Source of the DNA: Candidatus Bathyarchaeia archaeon | GTDB lineage: Archaea; Thermoproteota; CALKCG01; B24 | Reading direction: 5' to 3' | Assembly (NCBI GenBank): GCA_038870975.1 | Contig: JAVZJD010000001.1 | Coordinates: 256,001 to 320,000 of the forward strand | DNA length: 64,000 nucleotides | In this document: in pieces, positions 49,672 through 57,096 of the stretch | How the letters are laid out: every line of letters starts with the position of its first letter | Numbering within the stretch: the stretch's first letter is position 1 | Program-made: the position numbers and the translations under genes | The notes under the pieces: model-generated | What the model saw: only the letters and a program-made list of their open reading frames with translations | Database searches by the model: none | Told to the model about the DNA's origin: nothing

Positions 49672-50568
49672 ATGTCTGATGAATCGGTCTATGGGAATAG
49701 TGGGGGCTTAGAGACTTATTCGAAAGCCCAAAGTCTAATTCGGAGGCTTTTAGACTGGTTTAAAGATAAAAACAGTGTATTGGTTGCTTTTTCAGGAGGC
49801 GTAGATAGTACTCTTGTAGCTTATGCTGCCTATAGGGCTTTAGGTAGTAGAGTTTTAACCGTTACAGTAGCCTCACCTATGTTTCCCCGTGAGGAGGTTG
49901 AGGAGGCTGTTAAGTTAGCCCGCTTAATAGGGGTTAGGCATAGGGTTGTTGAAATCGATATGTTGAACGATTCTAAGATTGTTGAAAATCCTCCGGATAG
50001 ATGCTACTACTGTAAAAGGCTTATGTTGAAAGCTTTAACCGAAGTCGCTGAAGCGGAAGGTTTAGAGCTGCTGGTTGACGGCTCGAACGCCGAGGATTAT
50101 CGAGACTTCAGACCTGGTCTTAAGGCTTTAAGAGAATTCAAAGTAAGGAGTCCACTGGCGGAATTGGACTTCAGCAAAAACGACGTGAGGACTGTTTCGA
50201 GGTTTTTAGGGCTTCCCACGGCTGATAAACCTTCAATGGCTTGTTTAGCTTCGAGGATTCCATATGGTGTGGAATTAACCTATGATAGGCTTAAGAGGGT
50301 TTCAGAGGCTGAATCCTATATAAGGCAGCTAACAGGTGTTAAGCAGGTTCGAGTTAGAGACCATGGTGGAATAGCTAGGATTGAAGTCGGTAGAGATGAG
50401 AGGAGGGGCTTTTTCAAAGAAGAGCTTATGGACATAATATGGGCTAAGCTTAGAAGCCTAGGATATGTATACGTTACTCTAGACCTATACGGATATAGGT
50501 CTGGAAGCTTAAACGAGCCTTTAGATTCTCCACAACCCCCTCCATCTCCTGGAGAGAGGAGCGCTTAA
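49672..50568 (+). CDS. larE: ATP-dependent sulfur transferase LarE (CxxC-C type)
   Basis: AFSGGVDS, NP.DRCYYCK, DG.N..D..D.RPG, KPSMACLASR.PYG, QVRVR.HG..ARIE. Confidence 0.92.
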   Translation: MSDESVYGNSGGLETYSKAQSLIRRLLDWFKDKNSVLVAFSGGVDSTLVAYAAYRALGSRVLTVTVASPMFPREEVEEAVKLARLIGVRHRVVEIDMLNDSKIVENPPDRCYYCKRLMLKALTEVAEAEGLELLVDGSNAEDYRDFRPGLKALREFKVRSPLAELDFSKNDVRTVSRFLGLPTADKPSMACLASRIPYGVELTYDRLKRVSEAESYIRQLTGVKQVRVRDHGGIARIEVGRDERRGFFKEELMDIIWAKLRSLGYVYVTLDLYGYRSGSLNEPLDSPQPPPSPGERSA

Positions 50569-50599
50569 AGCCGCTCCGGCTCAACAGCCGTAATACGTT

Positions 50600-50803
50600 T
50601 TATGGTAGCTGTACATGTTTAAACTTCTCACTGGCTCGTTCTTCACCGACTCTCCAATTCTCTCTTGGAACCTCATGTATAAGTACTTCGACTGCGCTCG
50701 CGTGTATGCCTATTTCAGTGAAAAGCCTAGTTATGCCTGCTATCACCTTCTTCTTAGCTTCGTTTGAAAAACCACTCCAAGCATAAACGTGGACGATTGA
50801 CAT
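50600..50803 (-). CDS. 4-oxalocrotonate tautomerase family protein (N-terminal Pro replaced by Ser)
   Basis: IVHV...G...E.K..VI.GIT, V.V.I.EV..ENW.VG. Confidence 0.8.
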   Translation of the reverse strand: MSIVHVYAWSGFSNEAKKKVIAGITRLFTEIGIHASAVEVLIHEVPRENWRVGEERASEKFKHVQLP

Positions 50804-50966
50804 GGTTGAAACGTTTCCTCCTATGATTTAAAGCTTTACTATGTTAAACTCTAGACTTAAAACCTCATGAAGCAGTGGGTTTTAATGGCTGTAGCTCCAT
50901 TGGATTCAGGCTGACGGGGGCCTGATCTTTAAATTATTTTTCTAAATTTTTAACACTTATTTTTTC

Positions 50967-51015
50967 TATAATTTTAGAATATTAATATTATAATTTTAGA
51001 ATATTAATATTATAA
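50967..51015. repeat. 22-bp tandem repeat (TATAATTTTAGAATATTAATAT x2.2) inside an ~88% AT tract
   Basis: Identical units at 50967-50988 and 50989-51010; 19 G+C in 163 nt over 50928-51090. Confidence 0.9.
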
Positions 51016-51230
51016 AGTTTAAACGTCATTTTCAAATATTATAATTCATTTCTCTCTTTTTTATAATATTATAAGTTTCATATATGTATCTATCTGAGCC
51101 TCTTGTTTCAAATTGAAATTCCCGTTCAGGTGTATATATGGATTTTTGGGATTTTTCAAATGTTTACAAATGAAATATTGCAGAAAATCCTTAAAAAACT
51201 TATGTAAACGTTTGTTTAACATTAATACAT

Positions 51231-51698
51231 ATGTCTCAAACCACGGCTTCCACTAAAAAGTCTATAATAGCGTTCAGAGTTGCACCTTATGTGAAAGACC
51301 TTGTTACACAGGTTGCTTTAAGTGAGGGTTTAGCGCCTTCCGAGTGGTTGAGAAACCTACTCATAGGAGAGTTTAAAAGGCGTAATCTACTCCCTAAGAC
51401 TGTTACAACGCCAAAATCTAGTCTGGCTTTGGAGAAGTTTAAAGAGCATGGTAGGGTTAGTGTTGCACGTAGACGTGACAAGTTTGAGATATTCGCTGAC
51501 ATTTTACAAGCTGCTTTAGACGGAGCGAGGACTACTGAGATAATATACCGTGTGAATTTGAATTCTAAACGTTTCAGAGAATACTCTGAGTATTTGGTTA
51601 AGGCTGGGTTTCTAGAGGTTTTAGAGAAGCCTGGAGGGTTTAAAATCTACAAGACTACTGGTAGGGGTAGGATATTCCTAGAGGCTTTATCAAGGTAG
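51231..51698 (+). CDS. DNA-binding protein: N-terminal RHH-like plus C-terminal winged helix
   Basis: IAFRV....K..V...A..EG..PSEWLR; RRR...EI..DIL......T.I.Y..NLN.....Y...L...G.L..Y.TT..G..FL. Confidence 0.8.
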   Translation: MSQTTASTKKSIIAFRVAPYVKDLVTQVALSEGLAPSEWLRNLLIGEFKRRNLLPKTVTTPKSSLALEKFKEHGRVSVARRRDKFEIFADILQAALDGARTTEIIYRVNLNSKRFREYSEYLVKAGFLEVLEKPGGFKIYKTTGRGRIFLEALSR

Positions 51699-51890
51699 TC
51701 TTCTAAACTCCGGGTCTACTCTCACCCTGCCCTTTTCGTCGAATTCTACGAAGTTGAAGTAGGCCAGTTTACTGAGAAGTTCAGAAGTTTCCGTAATGTT
51801 CTGACCTACGGCTTCAGCTACTTCTTCAACAGTATGCCATTCTCCGTCTATGGCTAAATACTCTAATATACGGCTGAACTTGCTAAGCAT
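51690..51890 (-). CDS. Small winged-helix protein
   Basis: ILE.L.....WH..EE.A..V......L..L....F.E pattern; own TATA box. Confidence 0.6.
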   Translation of the reverse strand: MLSKFSRILEYLAIDGEWHTVEEVAEAVGQNITETSELLSKLAYFNFVEFDEKGRVRVDPEFRRLP

Positions 51891-52112
51891 TTAAAGCATT
51901 TTTTTACGCGTTTCTATATTTAAGCTTATAGAACTACAGCGTATGTACCTCCAAGTATGTACCACATGGTTCACACGTCTTATATACCCATAGCTCCATA
52001 GATTCTAAACGACCATCATGCGTTTAGATGCGTCTGGGGGACTAAAAGGGGATCAGCCCCCGTTAAAGCCGAGAGCGATGATAGCTCCCCAATTAGAGAG
52101 GAGAGTGAGTAA

Positions 52113-54353
52113 ATGAAGAAAATACTGGTCAACTTATTGATACTGCTCATGCTTGTAGCGGCTGCTCCTACAATATTACGTGTAACTGGTGACAATCAAA
52201 GTCAGGCTGGAACAACCCTTAGCGCAGAAGTAACGGCAACTGCCTACTGGGTAATCAGATATGGATGGATGATTGAGAAATCCGTAAACCCAGATACTTG
52301 GCATCTATTTAAAGGCGATTCCGGCACATCAAAGTACACGATCACTGTGACGAAGTACAGCGGTACTGAAGAAGCATGGGTAGAGGGCGTAGTAACCGTC
52401 ACTAACGGTGGTGAGAGACCTACTGAAAACCTGAAGATTGTAATCGAGCTCAGGGATGGCTATCCACCGCCAAAGGATTTAATCGCGACTACTACTGTTG
52501 ACGTCAGTAGTAATCCCGTCCTAGATCCTGGAGAGACGGGAGAATACCATTATAAAATAGCAATACCTAGTAATTGTATACATGCCGACGGCACATACAA
52601 GGTTACTGCTAATGTGACTATTACAAATCACAGTGGGTTTTTGGGCGAACCTTTTGGGCCTAGTCCTAGCGATACAACGAAGTTACCGAGTAGTCCAACA
52701 TTAGTCAACAACGTTATTCACATCGACGATACTAACGGTGGTTCGTGGGAATTCAGTGAAAGCGGCTCTGTATCTTATGAGAAGACTTTCACATGTGCTG
52801 ATGAAGGGGAGAATGTGAATACTGCGACGATTCGAGAGACTGGGCAGTCTGCTTCTGCTACTGTTATAGTCAACTGTTACGAGCTTGAGGTGAGGAAGAC
52901 TGCAGACACCTCCTTTACACGCACCTATAAGTGGACCATAGATAAAGAGGCTGATACGTCGGAGCTAACGCTTAAGGTTGGAGAAACTGCAAAAGTCGAA
53001 TATGAAATAACTGTGGATGCAACCTATACTGACAGCGATTGGAAGGTTTCGGGAACGATTACCGTGCATAATCCTGCTCCAATACCAGCAAACATAACCA
53101 GCATTACAGACGTAGTATCGCCAGACATTAATGCCGACGCAGACTTCGGAGTAACATTCCCATATTTGCTTCCAGCGGAGGGTACTTTAACTGGAACATA
53201 TAGTGCAAGCCTACCTGATGCTTCATCCCGTACAAACACGGCTACTGTAACTATTCAGAACTACGCCTACAATTGGGATGGAACTAAAACCGCTACGGAA
53301 ACTACAGACTTCTCCGGCACTGCAGAGGTCGATTTTACTGAAGCAACTATAGAGGAAGTTGATGAAAGCATAAGTGTTAGCGATACCTACGCTGGTGACC
53401 TTGGCACAGTCAAGTATGAAGAGGCTCCTAAGACCTTCACGTATACTCGTCCGATAGGACCATACTATGAACCCGGCAACTATGAAGTTAAGAATACGGC
53501 TTCATTCGTCACATGCGACACTGAAGTGACGGGTAGCGACGACTGGACAGTCGAAGTACATGTTCCATCGGTTAAAGCAACGATTAGCGGCTTCAAGTTC
53601 TACGATGCTAATTCGAATGGTGTGTGGGATGAAGATGAACCTGCCGTTGGAGGATTTAAAATAGAACTTTACGATATGGACTGGAAATTATTGGATACAG
53701 TATTTACCGGTGAAAATGGAAAATACTGTTTCGAGGGGCTTGATGCTGGAACGTATATTGTGAAGGAAGTTCTACCAAGCAATTGGATCAATACAACTTC
53801 CGCAGAACTGACTGTTACCTTAGAGTCTGGGGAAGTAAGCGAAGGCAATAACTTTGGAAACGTCTGTCTAAAGCCCGGCGAGGGAGGTAGAACGTTAGGC
53901 TTCTGGACTAATAAGAACGGACAAGCCTTGATAACCTTAGACGATGTAACGGCATTAAACGGATTAAATCTTTACAAGCCGAGCGGATGGACTTATCCAC
54001 CCTTCAGTGGTACTCTTGAGACGGCGAAAACCCAGATTAGAGACTATTTGCTTAAAGCTAATGCTAAGGATATGCGTTGGATGCTTTCAGCCCAGCTTAT
54101 CGCGACGAAGCTAAACGTTTTACACGGGTTCTTAAGCAACAGTACAATTGTATATGTTGGTCCATCGTCATACGTTCCAACAGGCTTCATAAAGATAGGC
54201 GAAATATTAGATAATGCAAACACGGCTCTGTCTGGAACTAATAGAGCTGAGCAGGCGTATTGGAAGGATCTGCTTGACGGGCTTAACAACAACAGGTTTC
54301 CGTTTGTATGCCCTCTATCATGCTCTGTAGAATATCCCTCAGGAGACCCATAG
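52113..54353 (+). CDS. Secreted Thr-rich beta-sandwich repeat protein with SdrD-B/CnaB-like domain
   Basis: Signal peptide MKKILVNLLILLMLVAAAP; repeated Y.W.I.K/NTAT modules; ISG.KF.D.N.NG.WD..EP motif; C-terminal TLGFW..AQL.A.KLN domain. Confidence 0.8.
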   Translation: MKKILVNLLILLMLVAAAPTILRVTGDNQSQAGTTLSAEVTATAYWVIRYGWMIEKSVNPDTWHLFKGDSGTSKYTITVTKYSGTEEAWVEGVVTVTNGGERPTENLKIVIELRDGYPPPKDLIATTTVDVSSNPVLDPGETGEYHYKIAIPSNCIHADGTYKVTANVTITNHSGFLGEPFGPSPSDTTKLPSSPTLVNNVIHIDDTNGGSWEFSESGSVSYEKTFTCADEGENVNTATIRETGQSASATVIVNCYELEVRKTADTSFTRTYKWTIDKEADTSELTLKVGETAKVEYEITVDATYTDSDWKVSGTITVHNPAPIPANITSITDVVSPDINADADFGVTFPYLLPAEGTLTGTYSASLPDASSRTNTATVTIQNYAYNWDGTKTATETTDFSGTAEVDFTEATIEEVDESISVSDTYAGDLGTVKYEEAPKTFTYTRPIGPYYEPGNYEVKNTASFVTCDTEVTGSDDWTVEVHVPSVKATISGFKFYDANSNGVWDEDEPAVGGFKIELYDMDWKLLDTVFTGENGKYCFEGLDAGTYIVKEVLPSNWINTTSAELTVTLESGEVSEGNNFGNVCLKPGEGGRTLGFWTNKNGQALITLDDVTALNGLNLYKPSGWTYPPFSGTLETAKTQIRDYLLKANAKDMRWMLSAQLIATKLNVLHGFLSNSTIVYVGPSSYVPTGFIKIGEILDNANTALSGTNRAEQAYWKDLLDGLNNNRFPFVCPLSCSVEYPSGDP

Positions 54354-54376
54354 GAGAGTATTAACCTCTTAAATTT

Positions 54377-54393
54377 CCCCTCTTATTTTTTAT
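54377..54393 (+). terminator. Probable archaeal T-rich terminator after the secreted protein gene
   Basis: CCCCTCTTATTTTTTAT about 25 nt after the stop. Confidence 0.45.
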
Positions 54394-54696
54394 GCTAAAT
54401 GGTTATGTTGGCTTCTCTCTAAATAGGGTTGTGTTTTATATCTAATTGAAAATTTTATGTTAGGTATAGGTGGGTAGGACATACCGAGTGTAGAACCATT
54501 CCATGCACTACTCCTTTGATGGAAATACGGCATACCGAGGTTCAAATACCTAGGCTAAGGTGGTTAGACGGCTATTCACAACATGCCTACTTTGACAGCG
54601 CGATAGGTAAATCCACATTCTTTTACTCTAGCCTTATAGTTGATGAATCTACAATTGGAGAAGCGATTAAGATTTTCCCCTATTTAACCCTCTATT

Positions 54697-55515
54697 TTAC
54701 CCCTGCCTTTTGAAGGCTCTTTTGAAGTAAACCGCGTAGAGGTCTGTGTTTCCAAGCAGTTCAAAGTATGTCTTCTTCTCCCAGTTTCTCCTCAATGCTT
54801 CGTCGCATTGGTATATGACAACTCCCTCCTTTAGAACCCTCGATATGAGCGTCGGATCAGCCTTGTTCAAAGATGAAACATCAACCTTATCCACGGGTAT
54901 TCCTAAGGAATCGGCTATTTCCAACGCTAGTTCAGCCTCATTTAAGATTGTTGCATCATATTTCTCAAATAGAACAGCTATATCGTAGTCGCTATCTTCT
55001 CTAAAATCTCCTCTAGCTCTACTTCCAAATAAATATGCTATCATAACCTTATGCTTTTTAAAAGTCTCAGCCATCCTATTCAGCATAGACTCCGCCGATT
55101 CAAACCCCCTCCCATCAGGGTCTAAACCCTTCTCCTCGATTATCCTACTTATAGAGCCTATCAGCTTCTCAACATCCGGCAGTAGCCTATTAACTATATC
55201 TAGCAAATCTTCGATTGAAATTCTCCGATAGGCGTGGGCTAAAGTATTCCTAACGGTTGCGATTCTTCTAACGATTTCAACAGCATCCACGTTTACAAGA
55301 CCACCTTCATAGAAGATGCGTCCCAACTCAGAGTATGAACTTGGCTTCCTTAAGCCAAGGTCGACTACAACCATAGACATAACGTCTAAGACATTCTGCA
55401 ACGTAGCGTAAACCTCCCATCTAAGCGCTGAAGCCTCAACATCAGAACTGGGCTTAATACTTCTAGCCCTCTTAATACAATTCAACGCCTCAGATAGAAT
55501 GGCCTTCAACTCCAC
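54697..55515 (-). CDS. Fused HEPN (HepT-like RNase) - minimal nucleotidyltransferase (MntA-like)
   Basis: N-terminal RNTLAHAY (Rx4HxY); C-terminal YLFGSRARG....SDYDIAV. Confidence 0.88.
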   Translation of the reverse strand: MELKAILSEALNCIKRARSIKPSSDVEASALRWEVYATLQNVLDVMSMVVVDLGLRKPSSYSELGRIFYEGGLVNVDAVEIVRRIATVRNTLAHAYRRISIEDLLDIVNRLLPDVEKLIGSISRIIEEKGLDPDGRGFESAESMLNRMAETFKKHKVMIAYLFGSRARGDFREDSDYDIAVLFEKYDATILNEAELALEIADSLGIPVDKVDVSSLNKADPTLISRVLKEGVVIYQCDEALRRNWEKKTYFELLGNTDLYAVYFKRAFKRQG

Positions 55516-56235
55516 ATTATTCTCCCAACGAAAAAACGACTTAAACGCATATAAACGTTTACCGCTTGATAGGATATGAATTAGAGAAGTACACTCATAG
55601 TCTTAAAAATATGTGTAGAATTAACCTTCATCTTCCAGTCAAAATATATCTTCACATCCTTCCTTTAGAACTATGGATATTTTATCCATGCTGTTAAAGA
55701 AGCTTTTTCTGAAAACTTCAAACCAAGAAAACGGGCAGTTGAATTTCACCTTACGAGTGTTAACCTAGGTTTTCCCTACCATAAACTCTACACCCTCTCT
55801 TATCAACCACGAAAGAATCGTTTAAATAAATCCGATAAAATTGCCATAGCTACGACTGTACATCTTTAGATTCTACTCTCCACGTCTACTTTATCAAAGC
55901 TTTGTCGAAGGAGATTATTTTTAGCCCCGTCTTCTTAGCATAGTAGTACGGTAGTCCGCCGTCGAAGTCTAGATCCACATTCCCCGATAATTCGCATGCT
56001 ACGAGTTAATTCCCAACCGGAAGTTCAACTACTGTTAAACCATGCCAAGTTAAAACCTCTGAGAGGGGTTCCGTCACAAGCCTTGGCTCTCCCAAGATTG
56101 CCGAGGGGGTTTAGAATAGAAACATCTCACACATTTTCCACCAGAAACAGCCATGTAACGGCTCAACAAGCAAAAGCCTTAACTTCAGTTCACACAAATC
56201 CACTCAGATAGAACAGCAGTTGAAAACGAATAGGG

Positions 56236-57006
56236 ATGTCTGAGACTATGGAAGTCTCCTTCAGAAAACTTCGAATAGTGAAATTCAAAGGCAGGTCCTT
56301 CGAGTATGTAGAGGATGAAGTGGCAGTAGAACATCCTATAACCATACACATCAATGGAAAACTTCTAGACGTTCTCTACGCAACCCCTCAAGAGCTTATA
56401 GAACTTACAGTAGGCTACTTGATGACAAAAGGACTCATCAAAAACCTCGGGGAAATAATCGAGATACGTACGAGAAACTCCTCAATTTACATCACAGTTC
56501 TAGAATCGGTTGAACAGAGAGTAAAGAAGCACAGCATTGAACACACTAAGACACTAAAAACGGCATTCGACCAAACCCACAATTGGAAAGTTGAATCCGA
56601 AGTTAAATGGCCTCACACTAAAATACTTGAAACCGTTGAAAAACTCAACACCAAAGCAACGATATTCCGAAGAACTGGTGGAACACACGCCGCTATGATC
56701 ACAAGCATCGAGGGAATTGAAATCCTATGTGAAGACGTGGGGAGGCATAACGCTGTAGATAAGGTCATTGGGGCATACGCTTTAAGAGGGTTTAAAGACT
56801 TCAGCCGTGTACTCTTAACTTTTAGTGGAAGAGTTTCATCTGAAATCGTCCTTAAAGCCGCCGAGGTGAAAATTCCAATCATCGCCTCAATATCGGCACC
56901 GACTTCCCTCGGAATAACACTCGCAGAGCAATCTGGAATAACGCTTATCGGTTTCGTCAGAGAGAGTGGATTCAACGTGTACACCCATCCTGAGAGAGTC
57001 ACCTAG
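56236..57006 (+). CDS. fdhD: Formate dehydrogenase accessory sulfurtransferase FdhD (lacks CxxC)
   Basis: E.P..I.ING, TGGTHAA, EDVGRHNAVDK.IG, SGRVS.E, SAPT, GF.R...FN.Y. Confidence 0.92.
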   Translation: MSETMEVSFRKLRIVKFKGRSFEYVEDEVAVEHPITIHINGKLLDVLYATPQELIELTVGYLMTKGLIKNLGEIIEIRTRNSSIYITVLESVEQRVKKHSIEHTKTLKTAFDQTHNWKVESEVKWPHTKILETVEKLNTKATIFRRTGGTHAAMITSIEGIEILCEDVGRHNAVDKVIGAYALRGFKDFSRVLLTFSGRVSSEIVLKAAEVKIPIIASISAPTSLGITLAEQSGITLIGFVRESGFNVYTHPERVT

Positions 57007-57027
57007 AGCGTATAATTCATCTGCCGA

Positions 57028-57056
57028 TGAAAATATAACTATTAGTTATATTTTCA
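57028..57056. promoter_or_regulatory. Perfect 29-bp palindrome TGAAAATATAACTA-T-TAGTTATATTTTCA upstream of the homocysteine-synthesis promoter
   Basis: 14-bp arms are exact reverse complements; TATA-like TTTAATA at 57066-57072. Confidence 0.75.
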
Positions 57057-57080
57057 ACGATAAAGTTTAATAATATGTAT

Positions 57081-57093
57081 ATAACAGCGTTTT
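57081..57093. promoter_or_regulatory. ATAAC-N3-GTTAT site (1 mismatch) between TATA box and start codon
   Basis: ATAACAGCGTTTT. Confidence 0.55.
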
Positions 57094-57096
57094 ACA

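Noticed and set aside
54436-54446. TTATATCTAA resembling one arm of an archaeal dif site
   Set aside because: No matching left arm at 6-bp spacing
54480-54556. tRNA-like fragment GAGGTTCAAATACCT and duplicated CATACCGAG
   Set aside because: T-stem does not pair in register and no acceptor or anticodon arms form; a 9-bp duplication is weak
54516-56211. Intergenic ORFs 54516-54713 and 55996-56211
   Set aside because: No motifs or clear translation signals; not supportable as genes
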